DNA of 64,000 nucleotides, from assembly GCF_026571515.1 (NCBI RefSeq), contig NW_026860867.1, positions 1 through 64,000 on the forward strand, in the 5' to 3' direction. The notes beneath the pieces were generated by a model. The model ran no database searches. It was not told the DNA's origin and was given only the letters and a program-made list of their open reading frames with translations. This DNA is from Ruditapes philippinarum (lineage: Eukaryota). Positions 37,701 to 52,052 of this stretch are shown in pieces; within the stretch, counting starts at the first letter, position 1; each line of letters begins with the position of its first letter. The translations under genes were made by a program, and so were the position numbers.

Positions 37701-40700
37701 GACTTTGAAAGCTGCTCTTTACCTTAAAAGCATGCAATGTTTAAAACCCAAAAGAAAAGAAAAAACTTTCAGGATATTATAACGTGTATAAGTCATAGTT
37801 AAGGAAACCTTAACATTTACTCTCGGAGCACAATACAAAGCAATAACGTTTACTACTACCAAAAAATCTACATTTAAAAAGATATTTATACTGTATAAGA
37901 AAAAGTGTTCATAAATTAAGAAATAATAATGTGACTGTACCAGGAATACCAAGCAAGGACGAGGTCTGTAGAAGAAACACTTTATGGGTATTTAGAACTT
38001 TTCGAGAATATTTTTTCATGTAAACATACATTTTCTACTTCTTATTCAGTTGTACAAAAGGGCTTTGATTGTATTTTGTGCATCTTATATACAATCGCCG
38101 TCGTACCAATCAATATTGTTTTCTTATCCCTGGTCTCCAAAACTACAAGAAAACTTCATGTCCTGGTGAAATTCTTCTACGCCATAAGAAGCTTTCTGAC
38201 ATCCTTGCAACAAGTCTTATCACTAACCTAGAAGATGTGGAGATCCGCCGTGTGCCACTGTCAGGAAATGACTGTATTGTGGCAACCTGATAGGAAAAGT
38301 GTATAAATACTATTGATATGGATAAAATAATATTTTTCGAATTTCTAACATTAAAATAGCTCCAACATTATCTTCAATAACCGTGCTGATAATCTTTCCT
38401 ATGCGTTTGAACTGTATACTTATAATATTTTGAAACGCTACCATGACATAAAAATGCGTTACTAAAATGCCTCTGGGTCTGGAAATCAAGGTACAAAAGT
38501 GCTTATTTTACTAGAAGCAAACAAAGTATTATTTACAGGATCATTTCCTTCATTTTTTGTTGTATAAGGGACTAAAGAGGATCACGTCTTACTCTTATCT
38601 GATGACCGTGCATCACATGCCTCATCATCATTAGTTTAACAGGCAAATAAGAAGCATTTAATATTGTTTGAAAAGTCAGCTTATACGCAACCACTGGACG
38701 CAGCTGTTTGTGTATTATTATCATCATAAACCTGATTCATAAAATGCTCAAAATTGTATTTAAAAGGATTCTGAAGATGGGATTGATGTGTGTTTGGGGA
38801 GATAACGTTTCCAACACTCTGTTAAGATCCAGATATCAAAATCGTGTCCTTGGGCCTGTGTGATGTTTGCAACCATTAGGTGCACCTGAATTTCGGCATG
38901 TCAGACGCCACAGCCGATTCATTTGTATTCATTGGAAAAATGAATCAATGACTTCCTCGTATTTGTAAACGATTTAAAAATGTGTTTGTATTCATTAAAT
39001 GAATGACCATTTTACTTTTTTTATATATATTTTAACTTTTTTTCATTTTCATGTACAGAATTTATAAATTCCTCTTTCAACTAAATCATACAAAAGTTAA
39101 CTAAAATTTATGTCAAATTGTTTATTTGTTCATTAAACACAAAAATGTATTACGATAATGCATCTTTTCTTTTAAATTAAAGAGTGACACTAATGATAGT
39201 GTGTAGCATTACAACCATGGCATAACAACCGGCCTTAATCACCAATCGAATACCAGTAGGATATGAAAAAACACCTGGTTTATACGGCAAAGGTCAGTAT
39301 TTACAAATACATCATAAACGAAGATAATTATGTCGTCGGAAACAGACAAATGCCCAACCCCAACACGGCCCAGTAGAGGAACCATGACGTTTGGTAATAA
39401 ATCTAACTAACTTTCGTCGCAATTATTTTCTACTTAACTAATCTCTGTAGCTTGTCAAGCCCTGTCAACATCAAGCTTTCTTTTAGCAAATGTTTAAATG
39501 TAGTACTCCATTAAATACAACCGCAATATTACTGCACTAAGTGACTGCTTTTAACTTTAATATCCAAAGTTCACAAACGTACCATATCAACTTTTAAAGA
39601 TATGATGTATAAGACAAACATTGTCATATAACTGTGCTGTAATTAAAATGCTTATTTTGTCAAACTCGGTCGGTCAGGAGGTGAGACGAAACCAAACTAG
39701 GTTTATCCTCGTGTCAACCATGTAAGTATGTCAAGTTTGTTCGATGTTTTTGAGTTTACAAATGTATAATTTAAACATGTGCAGAACAAAAGTACTGTGT
39801 GTTTTCCCCCTAAGGCTTTGTGTTTTGGAAACAGAAAAACTGGATATTTGATGTTTAAATCTGTTGAATTATTCTAATTTACCTCTTTATCGCTTTTAAT
39901 TATTCAAATGTCCACTAAAGCAAAAAGTCGCATCTTTAATTAAGTTGGGGCAAACGTGTTTCGAGGTTGTAAGCTATATGCCTTTCTAGTATCACAATAT
40001 CATTAGAAATGTAGACACTAGTGGGAAACATTGAAAAATAAGAGAGTTGTTGTGTTTTGAATTGAGGAAATTTAAACGTTACACATAAAGACCACATTAA
40101 TTACAGTTTCAGTTGTTCAATATCGGGAAAGTATTTACAACATATATTACAGATTCAAAAATATTAAGTTATATATGTGGAACACGTTTACTACAGATTG
40201 TAAAGTAAAATAGTGGGACACATTTAATACAAACTTAATTGTTGGCCACATTCACTACATTTCATAACTTAAATTTTCGGGGAAAAAGTTAACTACTACA
40301 GCAAAAGCTAAATAAAAAGACAATCATTACCACACACTTAAAAGTAAATTTACAACTGTTCCAAAAGGTAAATTCTTTAATATATTAACTACATATGAGA
40401 GTTAAAATAAGGGGAACTCAATCTGTACAGATATAAAAGTTTAATATGAGAACATCATTTACTACAACAAGTTCATACATTTAATATCAGGACTAAATTT
40501 ACTACGGATTCAAATGTTAGATACACAAAACACATTAACTTTTACAAAAGCAATATAATCGTGTTCTAGCACTCAAATAGGATGTAACGTTAATATGCTA
40601 TGTTATATTGTCTTTGCATAATATATCTGAAACATCAAATTCTTTTTTTAATGGAGTAAATGGAAGTGTTTCCCCATCAATATTTGATATACACATGCAT

Positions 40701-41554
40701 TGGGTATTTTATTCTACGGTATTTTTGATATTCTTTTATGCTATTCAAGATATGTATACAGACATGTTTTATGGCCGGTTTGCAATCCTTTATGACACAT
40801 GTTGTCTGAATAATATACTGTCATCTTTACAAAAATCGTTAGCGTAACTTACCTTAGCTATATAAAACTTTTACAAATACCTTGCTCTGCACAACTGAAC
40901 TATCATCCCATTCAAGGACAAAGGTCACATCTCGGTCAAATCTTATAATCTAGTTTACTGCCTTACTATTACCATCTGCAATTATGTAATCCAACATCAA
41001 TTAACTAATTAGTAAATAAAAGCATTTGTTTCAATTTAAAACCGCACATCAGAAAAATTTAAAGCCGTACCCACGCTACTTAATTATATCCACAATGTTT
41101 CGTCTGTAGTACTATTGTTGTTACTCATTTCACCTTTTAAAAGCGTTGGTAAAGTTTATAATAATTCGTGTTGTTATTGAACATTATGCAATATATTTAT
41201 TATTCAAAGACTTTTTCAGTCTGTTTGAAATCGATGCTGTTTCAATATCAAATATATATTGTACATATTGTACGCAAAGAAACTGTATCTTTAGTATAAT
41301 ATAAGACACTGTTGATTTTGAGGGTGTTCTTTAATTCAATATATTTCCTCCTTAAGAAATGTTGGTGTGAAATACCTAAAGAGTTTATAATACATTGTTG
41401 CATTGATACCATACTGATTTTGTTGAACTTGTTCACAGCTGCAAAATCTCTTTTGGACGAGGCGCTATATTGAACTTTGCTAGCGTCTCGACCAATAAAG
41501 ATTTATATATTTCAGGTGTGTACTCGTCCAATAGAAATCAGTATTGTATAGCTG

Positions 41555-41788
41555 AATGGTTGCCTTTAATGGCTGACGCATCAGAATTGCAGCCACCGTT
41601 TATCCCTACGTGATCGGAAGAGGCAATACCCGGTAAAATGGGTTCGAATTACTGAAGTCTATGCATCTTTTAGATCGAGCAGGTGAGATTTTGACCCCTG
41701 ATGACCTCAATCTGTATCACCCGAGGTAAGCCAAAATCATATGACCTAAATTGTGTTGGTGCACCATAAAACCAAACAAAACAAAATA
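41555..41788 (+). mobile_element. Degenerate SINE-like element
   Basis: GGGTTCGAAT B-box-like motif; tail ATGACCTAAATTGTGTTGGTGCACCATAAAACC-(AAAC)n. The 3' part is repeated at 53462-53550. Confidence 0.55.
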
Positions 41789-42439
41789 ATATCATAACAA
41801 ATTACAAAATATTCGAGTAGTTAGTTACTCATGGATATTTAGCACGACCTACTTTACCAAGCTGTTACCACAGTCACAACGAAATGGGATAACTGTCACT
41901 TGTAAACTTTAATTTTTTATCAGACAATTTATAAACATTATTGTATGAATAACTCCCCATTACAATAAATATAATATTTACACAAAGGAAAGTAATTGAG
42001 TTGTTGTTTTAATTTGAATATCAATGGAATATTTTTAATTCATGACTGAAATTTGATATCATAGATGAAAAAGCTTTTTAATATTGTATGAAACATATTT
42101 CTACAAGTAAGAGTTTATTTTCAAAGAATATAATAATATAATCATTTTATAATGTATATGATACAAATTAATATGCTATATTTTAAAAAAGTAGTCATAG
42201 CTCTTTTTATTAAATTACAAATTAGCAATACATCTGTTTTGTTACAATGTTTAAGTAGCACCTTTTTAATTTAAGTTCGTTTTTTACTTTAATCTTCTAT
42301 ATTTATGGTTTAAATTTAGTTATTTTATAATTTATCTGCTATTAACGCATTAAAAATATTGCAAATATTTTTGTTTTAATATGGTGCACATTCTTATCAA
42401 TCCATACCCTATCATACAGTGAATTTTAATACATTTGAA

Positions 42440-43109
42440 ACAAGAAGTATCTTTAAAAAGATACTCGGCCGAAGTCAAACTTGTTATCTTGCATAGGATA
42501 AGATACTACTAACCATGCTTACCGCAAACAGAACATTTTATTCGTCCTCAATAGTTTTATTTAAGTTCATTTTTCTCCATTAATTGTCATCTAAGATTTA
42601 AACAATATTACTTTCATTATTTGATTTTAATCAAAATGGAATTTGATTTGATTAGGAATTTATAACAAAACAAAGATTTAGTAGATAATGCACACTAATT
42701 CCGAGGAGAATTTGGAACTGTAAATTAGTCGAAAGTTCGTTTAAATAATCTTATGCCCGGTTCGAGAAGAGAATTTAATGACTAGAACAGCTTAGAAAAG
42801 AAACCTAATCGAACGCAAAAGTATCAAAAAGGCGATCTGTCATATTTATTTTCATATAATTATTGAAAAGCTGTTAGAAACATCTAGAAAATATCATTAT
42901 TGTGTTTTTATATTTATTCTGACTTCTTTCTTTTTCAAACACTTATTGCCATCGCGCAATCGAACAGACCTCTACCTATAACGGATGCTCTTCTAAAATA
43001 TCAATCGAACAGGCTATTATTGTTAAAATGACCAATTGAAATTCTGCCTATATTCATTTCTTTACTTTTAATTTTAGCGGAAGTCAAGGTTCAGACGGCC
43101 TTAGGTCGA
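42440..43109 (-). mobile_element. Probable HINE-like insertion upstream of gene D
   Basis: Absent in the unit E copy. ACAAG plus palindrome AGTATCTTT-AA-AAAGATACT plus CGGCCGA at one end; CGGCCTTAGGTCGA plus an A run at the other. Confidence 0.55.
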
Positions 43110-43451
43110 AAAAAAAGATAAATGTAAATTTTGCAAGCTAATGTGATCCTAAAATTTAAAATGTAAATACATGTATATTGGCAAAATGATGTTACAGCTA
43201 TTTTATGCTTAATAAATTAAAGATTTTGTCTATACAGTTACAAAAAGCCGATTTTAATTCTTTATTCAGACAAAATATTTTTATTGATAATGGGGAAAAA
43301 TTGACACTATTTTTTATTTTTTGTCTCTTATTCCTAGCAGGCTGCATTGAAATATAAAAGAATGTACTTGTATTTGTGCATTTTTTTGGAATAAGATGAA
43401 TGGTTAAACTTATGATTAATATTTTGTTACATACCCACTAGTACGTAAAAT

Positions 43452-46400
43452 ATGCCTACCCAAGCTAAGGATGGAGAAAGTAGTCACGTCAGTCCGGACA
43501 AAATTATTGAAGATATTGGCGGATGTGGTCGGTTTCAGGTACGCATGGCAATAGTTGTTCATCTCATCAAGACAATAATCTGCTTCACATTTACTGGAAT
43601 GATTTTCATATCAAAGACGCCAGCGTGGTGGTGTGAGGATGAAATGATTGGAAAGAATATGACGTCATGTATTGCTGACGTAAACGGGACATCATTTGAT
43701 TTCTGTCCGAAGAAAGCGTGTAATATAAATGGAGCGGCGTGTTCTAGAGTGAATTTTGATAGAAGCCTTACAACAGTAGCCACTGAGGTAAAATGGTATT
43801 CTTTTTCACAATCTATGTCGTTCAATAATTATTACAATACGTACATGTTTAAATAAATCATAGTAAAATTAAGTGCACCACAGAATAATGCGTCATAATA
43901 TGTAATGAGCATCGAATCGATTACTCAGTTATATTATTTTTTTCCTCTTGCTTCTTTGCCTATATATTTGCATGTTCATTATTTTATTAAAGACACATGA
44001 TTTTTATTGATGAGCAATGGTGCATTGATAACTTTCTACTTACTATTTCTTTTTCAGATAAGATATACCCAGATATAATGTCCTAGATTTCCAAAAATAA
44101 ATTCCGCAATAGAAGTATTAGTATGAGCATAGTAGACCTTCAAATTTTATAAGTGAACATTAATCTTTTGTTATCTTCTTTTCTTTTTAATATCTAATTT
44201 ACTTGGCTAACATCAATACCAAATCACATTTAGAACATGTCATAGCGGTACAGTTGAACTGGGTCTTTGCCGCTGGCACTGGCGCACATCCAACATATTA
44301 AGACTATTTCCAAGTGACGTGTAAAGGCTGCTGCACTTGACTAATGAGCTTTTCCACCATATAGGTCCGTAGTAAAGACAACTAAATCATTTTGATACAA
44401 TGAAATGAGCATTGGAATTCCCCTTGTACATATGACGATTTATACCCTTTGGTACGATAACTAGCCACCGGATAATGTATGCAAAATGGGCAGGCTATTG
44501 TCAGACAATATTGTTGAACCAATCACTGCTTACCTTGATTATAAAACAAGGGAACCACATCATATCGTTCCAGCATTAACTAAACAATGGTGAATGCTAC
44601 TTACTATAAAATAGAAAAGTAGAAGATAAAGAAATTAAATTACATTTTAAAAGATGTTAGATACCGACTTACATAATCATAAAGTTTATAGCAATTCCGT
44701 AAGTTTCTTTTCAGTTGAACACATATGTCGATGTCGTGGACTTGATCAGATCAGTAAAAAGTTTTATTTTCTTTTGTTTGCAGTTCAATCTTGTTTGTGA
44801 TCAAGACTTTATTCCAAGTACGATCAGCTCAGTACAAATTGCTGGTACACTTGTTGGCAATATTGCTGCGGGACAAATTGCCGATTTAATTGGGCGCAAA
44901 CCACCATTTTTTGCATCAATTCTTCTTATTTTCTCATTTAATATTGTCGGCTATTTTTCATCAAGTTGGCAAGTATTCGCAGTTGCACGATTTTTCCTTG
45001 GCATTGGCTGTGGTTTCTTTCTGACGACACAATATTGTTTCCTTTCGGAATTTTCTCTGGCACGTTGGCGTGTTTGGATAGTGGGGTTCCCTTCATGGCC
45101 TATTCAGGCAGGTGTGTTTTCCCTGTTGGCATGGCTGTTACATGACTGGCGATACATACAACTAATGACGGCTCTTTGTGCTATTCCATGTCTTCTTGCA
45201 TGGTTGTAAGTTTTTTGTTTACAATGACACCTCAAATGCACATTTTTATTGACAAAATGTAAATAGTTCTGCCTTAAAATTCCAGAAGAAATCTAAAAAA
45301 ATACAAACCACATAAAATTCGACGTTAATTTTAATTCATTATTTAATTTGCTTCCTTTTTCTGTTTTTTTCTTCCAATATTTTCTTTGCATAAAATGAAC
45401 AGTAAGTGTCGAGCTTAATAAGTGTTTAATTTTATTGTAAATTATTAATCAATTGCTGTCATTTTGAAATCAATCGTTACGTCAAATAATTTCAATTCAA
45501 ATGTTTAGTTCTGCTCGGACCAGTGAACGACACGCCGACCATGAACATACTCAATAAAACCGAACCTGCAGCATTTTTAACTTTGCCGTTTTGGCCTACC
45601 TTTATGGTTTGTAATTTCACTTTTTTGTAGGAGACAGAAAACGGATCTTCATTCCACTAATATTATTAATTACCAAATCTGTCTTTTCAGCGCATTGCCA
45701 GAAAGTTTCCGTTGGTACATAGCCCATGATAAACCAGAGAAGGCAGCTCAAATCATTACACGCATAGCCAAATATAACAAGCATGAAGAATCCGATATAG
45801 ACAAAGTTCTAGATAACCAGGAAGAGCAAGAAGATCAGAAATACACAGTGTTACATTTGTTCAAATCAAGATACTTGACAAAAATAACGATTCTTCTGTC
45901 ATTCAGTTGGTACGTTTTAACTTCAGTTGTCTCAGACTGTCACTAGACTTTAAAGATTTATGAAAAATTAAAAAATCCAGTAAAGCAAAAACCGGAGGGG
46001 CCTACTTATGGGATATAGAAATAGGGTCCGTCCGTCTGTCCTTCCGTCAGTCTTTCGTGTCCGGTCCATAGCTTTGTCATTTATCAAATGAATCTGAAAT
46101 AACTTGACACAAATGTTTGTTATAATAAAACGATGTGTCATGCGCAACAACCAGACCCCTACCTCCAGGGTCAAGGTCACACTAGCTCATTCAAGGTCAA
46201 CATTGTCTATTTTAGGGTATATGTCGTGTCCGGTCCATAACTTTCTTATCTTTGAAGGGATTTTGTAAATACTTGCCACAATTGTTCACAATAATAAAGC
46301 AATGTGTCATGCGCAATAACTGGTCTCCTACCGCCAAGGTCAAGGTCACACTTTGAGGTCAAAGATTAACATAGTCTATTAAAGGGTATATTTTGTGTCT

Positions 46401-49400
46401 GGTCCATAACTTTTTCATAGATCTGAGGATTTTGTAAGTACTTGCCACAAATAGTCACTATAATAAGACGATGTGTCATGAGCAACACCTGCATTCCTAC
46501 CTCTAAGTTCAAGGTCACACTTAGAGGTCAAAAGTTAACATAGTCTGTTTAAGAGTATATTTTGTGTCCCATCCAGAGCTTCTTCGAGATTTTGAAATAA
46601 CTAGGCATACATAGTCACAATAATAAGGCGATATGTCAAGTACAACACCTGCACCCCTACCTCCAAGGTCAAGGTCACACTTAGAGATCAAAGGTTAACA
46701 GAGTCTGTTATATGGTATTTTTGTGTCCCGCCCATAACTTCTTCATAGATCAAATGATTTTGAAAATACTTGGCACCAATAGTCACAATGATAAGATGAT
46801 ATGTCATGCGTAACACATGTGTCCATACCTCCAAAGTCAAGGTCACACATAGAGGTCAAAGATTAACATAGTCTGTTATAGGGTATATTTTGTGTCCAGT
46901 CCATAACTTTTTCATAGATAAAGGGATTTTAAACATACTTGGCACAAATAATCACAGTAATAAGACGATATGCCAGGCGCAAAACATGGGTCCTTACCTC
47001 CAAGGTCACACTTGGAGGTCAACACACTTGGAGGTCAAAGATTAACATAGTCTGTTAAAGGGTATATTTTGTGTCCGATTCATAACTTCTTCATAATTCA
47101 AGGGATTTTTAAAAATACTTGGCACAAATAGTAACAATAATAAGGCGATATGTCGTACACAACATCTGCACCCCTACTTCCAAGGTCAAGTTCACACTTA
47201 GAGGTCAAAGCTGAACATGATAGATTTTTAAATTCCGTGTTTCATTTTATTTCTTAAATGAATTTATTGTTGCATTTGCAGATCTAGCATTGATCATAAT
47301 TTTGGACTGAAAGTCCTGAGATCCATACCTTAATCTTTTGAAATAGCACCGTTTTATGCTTCATATAAAACTTCCCCGAGGCGGGGGACGTTGGTAACTC
47401 TGTTACAAATTCTTGTTCAAAAGTGCAATAGACTTTCAAAATAAATTTTCCTTGAACATGTACGTATTGATATGTGAATGATATATTACCATTTAGGTTT
47501 GCCCTTGGTGTTGTGAAATATGGAATTGAATTTGGGATCCAGGAACTTTCTGGAAACATTTATTTAAATGTTTTCCTATTTAGTATTGTTGGTATTCCAG
47601 GCAAAGCAGTAGCGCTCTGGCTTCAAAACAGGTACAATTGAAAAATTTAAAGGCAAATATTACACTAAAATAAGATTACTATTAGATGCTCCGTTTTAAA
47701 ACAAATTTTTGTAGCAGGTTAATAAAATAATAATAATGATAAAATGATTAACTGTTGCAAATAATACCGAGTTTTTAAAGACAACAAACCATGGAACTAA
47801 AAATCATATGAGACGTGTCATGACAAAACCAACATAATGGGTTTGCGACCAGCATGGATCCAGACCAGCCTGCGCATCCGCGCAGTCTGATCAGGATCCA
47901 TGATGTTCGCTATCAGTTTCTCTACTTGAAATAGAGTTGGTAAGCGAACATCATGGATCCTGATCAGACTGCGCGGATGCACAGGCTGGTCTGGATCTAT
48001 GCATGTCGCAAACGCACTATGTTGGTTTTGTCATGACGCGGCTAATATGGACAATATGGTATGTTTGATATACATGATCCGATATCGCATATCTCTTATT
48101 TATAGCCGATAATAAAGTGTTCTAGAACAAAATAATTTTATTTATAAATTAAAACTAAATCACTGAAAACCCCATAAAATATCATGTAACACAATGTTTT
48201 ATGGTTTAATATCATATTTCATAATTGATTTAAGGCAACCCCTCAGCTACAGAAGGTGAAGTGTGTTTTCATTTTACGTTTACTTAACAGGTTTGGTCGA
48301 AGAGCAACATCGGTTATATGTTTTATAGTTGTTGCTGTAGGTGGATTTGTTGTCGGATTTGTACCGACGTTTAGTCTTTTAATCATTCTTTCATATTTTT
48401 ATCATGAAACATTTGACATTTAACTTCTAACTACTGTTTGACCTTTTTATAAAAGCCATCGTTAATACTTTTGGTATATCAGAGTTCTTGTAACATTTTG
48501 AAAATAAAGACTTTATAAGAATCATTGGATTATTAAGATAGGGAATTTCTGTATCACTCATAATAATTTATAATCATCCCTACTTCAAGGAGACTCGCAC
48601 CTACAAGAGTTAGTAAAAATCATTTTTAAAGCTGATGCAAATGGTACAACTGTTTATCACTAAATGTGCTCAGATGTAAAACACTGACACATTGAACCAA
48701 AGTTCAAACCAAAGTTCAAAGCCTTATCCCAAAACTTATAGAAATCATTGTCGTATCTTCAAACTTGTTTTAAAAAAATGGTTTAACAACACAACACAAA
48801 CAAATTGCAAAATAATCGATATACTTCGCAAATCATTTAAGAAATTAAAGGATATGTACGATCATGTTTTTTTCTCTGACTAGATTTTGTTTGTTTGTCT
48901 TTTGTCATCAGTACGTATATGTATGTAAATATTCATTTGGCTAGATGTATTAATCAGGTGCTAAATAAATTGTTGTTGTAAATAATATACTTATGTTATT
49001 CATTAGATGCACCGCACAAGGACGAACTGACCAATGGGTTTGCCCTGGTAGCCAACATGGGTATAACTATGGCATGGGGACCAGTACAGACGATGACCAT
49101 TGAATTGTACCCCACTGTCATCAGGTACTTCTATCTTAGATTGTGACGAAATTCTTGATGTACAATGACTGATTTTACCACCAAGAATCCATTTTCAAAG
49201 AACATCAGATTGACTGTTATTTTTCAGTTTATTTCGATTTTTATTTCATTGTGTTTATTTAGCTTTTTAAAAAACAAACATGATATATTCTGTCGCATAA
49301 AAGTTTAACGTAAAGATTTGAGTAAGGATTATTTTATATTTGTCGTTGAAACGCCTTTATTTCTAATGATGCGGAACAAACTTGATAATCTTTGAAATAT

Positions 49401-51279
49401 CATCTTTATTTGATTTTTATGTGGAGTAAAATTATATTCAATTAATCTGCAAACATATTCTTAGGCAAGAAGTAATCGTTATATCTCTATGAAATAAGTA
49501 GATATTTAATTATATATTTTTATTGTTAAATTATATAAATGTTATATTAAGTTAACGTATGACAAATATTATATAAACAATGTTATATAAACGTTTTTTT
49601 CTAATATAGTTATTATTAATATAATATAAACAATATTGTATAAACGTATTACTTATATAATTATTACTTACTTGTGTACATGTATATACTATAAACAATG
49701 TTATATTAACGTATTGCTAATATAATTATAACATATATAATATAAACAAATTTATATGTATTTATATGTATATATATGTAGCGTATTTCTAATATAATTT
49801 AAACAATGTTATATAAACGTATTACTAATATAATTATACTTACGTGTATAGCATAAACATTGTTATATTAACGTGTTACTAATATATTATAAACAATGTT
49901 ATATAGACGTGATGCTCTTATCAAATTTATATTAAATATCATGTTTTAACACTTTTTTCTTTTAATAAATTATGCAGCAACTTTAATAAAGTTTGCTTGT
50001 TTGTAGAAATATTGCTTTCGGATCACTGAGCGTCACAGGACGAATAGGTGCCATATTGGGACCTCAGTTAGTTTATTTGGTGAGCAATTTTCTTGATTTA
50101 TTTTCCCCTTAAATTGACATTAAGGGCATATAGTGAGTGAACATGTGAAAGTCAAAATAAGTTTACGTGTTCCTATAACTCTTTTCAATATTATAATTTA
50201 AATTGCATAAACAATAAAGAACTCATCTCACCCAGGGAAACCTCTGTAATTATCGTTCAGAATTTACCTGTAACATTTGATATATAAAAAGAGTGCGGCA
50301 TATATTTTTGTCAGACTTATATTTTGTTCTAAACATTAAATTTTTTCAAAAGCTATTGTTTGTCAATCACCATTATAACAGTCACTCTTTTTGAAATAAG
50401 CACATATTTGTCAATTCAGCACCGCTTGACAATAAAAACATAATCACAATGTCACTTATTGTTTATGATATTTAAGAATACATAATTATAAGTAAGAAAA
50501 ACAGTAAATCTTGAATAACGTTAGTTTATTTGCTACACTTTTATTTTAGTAAGTTTGGTGAGGATTTAATATATTTTATATAAAGCAATTATTGTATATT
50601 AATGATATTTATGAACACATAAGTAAGATTAAACCTGCATTTCCTTCGTTTTAATGTAGATTACATTTACAACGCATTAAATGATAAGGGTAAAGCTGAT
50701 GACTTTATTAGTTACTTTAAGTAGCGCTGTAAAGGTCACACGATGTACTCGTATGTCCATTTTTTTCATAGTTGTCATTCAAGGCGGTATTTCAAGCGAA
50801 AGCAGACAACTGATCCGGATAACTTTCTTACACAAAATAATGCGGAATAAATCTGGTTGGATTCAAACCCACAACGGATAAGGACTATATTTCGTTATTT
50901 TGTAAAAATGAAAATAATGACAAGGCAGCGTTTGAAAAGTTTTTTTAGTAAATACACAGTTAAATTAGTATGTTATTTTTTTCAGAATACTTACACACCA
51001 GGCTTGTTGTATTATTTTTGCGCAGGAATATCTGTCGCTTGTATGATCGGACTACTTTTCTTGCCGGAGACTATGAACCAAAATTTAAGTGATAAGATCA
51101 ACGAAGAAAATAAAATAGAGAACGGCGGTGACAATGTAAAAGAAAAGTCCACTGAATGGCTCGACAATGTGAATGGATATATAACACAAAGCGACAAGAA
51201 AGTGTTTACAGTTACTAAGGCTGATACATCAGAGAAAATTCGCTCTACTGAAAACATTATATTTTCGACACAGATGTAA
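43452..51279 (+). CDS. SLC22-family (Orct-like) organic ion transporter, gene D, 559 aa
   Basis: Exons 43452-43787, 44784-45205, 45691-45909, 47497-47631, 48291-48373, 49007-49124, 50007-50079, 50986-51279; 1680 nt in frame. The exon 5 donor is weak (GTCTTT). Confidence 0.92.
45967..47418 (+). mobile_element. HINE/DTC84-like element with internal ~165-170-bp tandem array in gene D intron 3
   Basis: (GTCC/GTCT)n at 46026-46052, then about 6-7 units of ATGTGTCATGCGCAAC..CCTACCTCCAAGGTCAAGGTCACACTTAGAGGTCAAAG. The 3' end has GGCGGGGGAC, palindrome TTGGTAACTCTGTTACAAA and TTCTTGTT. Absent from gene E intron 3. Confidence 0.85.
47809..48044. mobile_element. Palindromic MITE, copy 3 (gene D intron 4)
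   Basis: Same arms as 7881-8117; absent in gene E. Confidence 0.9.
49520..49910. repeat. AT-rich degenerate minisatellite (AAACAATGTTATATAAACGTATTACTAATAT-like units)
   Basis: Multiple copies; shorter version at 58650-58810 and inverted version at 53300-53450. Confidence 0.8.
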
Positions 51280-52052
51280 ACTATACATTAAAGATTTACA
51301 TGTATACTAAGAATATATATTTTCAAATATGTATTAATTTTGAAGATTCCGTTTATAATATAACGTAGTGTTGATAAATAGTAAACAAATATTAATACTT
51401 TGCGGGTATGTTCTCTTTTTATGATACTAAGTTTGATTTTTATTTCGCTATAAGGACCTGTAAAAGTGATAGATGTGCATTTTGTTTAAGTCCTGCCCAG
51501 CCGGTTGTCTGCTACCTAGACCTGGCCTCTTCATAATATAAAAAATAACCTGCATTTTTCTTATCTTAACGAGAATTTATGTTCACGTTATACAATACGT
51601 TTGTTCTTAATCAACAGATATGTGACTTAGGATTTCTTTTCAAATACCTGTTATAATCTTTGTAATGCCTGAAGACATTTTATTTATCTTATATAAAATA
51701 AAGAAATTAATACAGATAATTAATTTTCAAAGTTTTGTTGAATAGCATTTCTTCCAGTGCTTCATAAAAGAAACTGAAGCTGTTAAGGATCAGACCGAAC
51801 TGCATTTCTTATCTTTGGTTGAATATTCATACGAAAGCATGTATTGTGCTTTATATTATTTCACAACTTATAAAAACGAGTCTCATCGTTTAAACCATGT
51901 TATATCCCAAAATAAATCACTGTTTGATACAATCGTACCAATTAAGCCTCGTTTTAATATTTGAAAGTCCACAATTTCATACCGAATTCCGATTGTACTT
52001 GAAGTGAAAGGTTTTGCCAAATTGTCATGAAATATTGTTGTGAAATAAAGAG

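Larger units (their letters stand above)
27865..39675 (+). repeat. Segmental tandem duplication unit containing gene C
   Basis: Collinear similarity to 16095-27565 across introns and flanks. Confidence 0.85.

Noticed and set aside
41453-41495. Hairpin TTGGACGAGGCGCTA..TAGCGTCTCGACCAA as a miRNA precursor
   Set aside because: The stem is short (about 15 bp) and more likely a MITE remnant; there is no expression evidence.
46050-47220. Regularly spaced repeats resembling a CRISPR array
   Set aside because: Whole units are repeated with no unique spacers, there are no cas genes and the context is a eukaryotic intron; it is a HINE core array.
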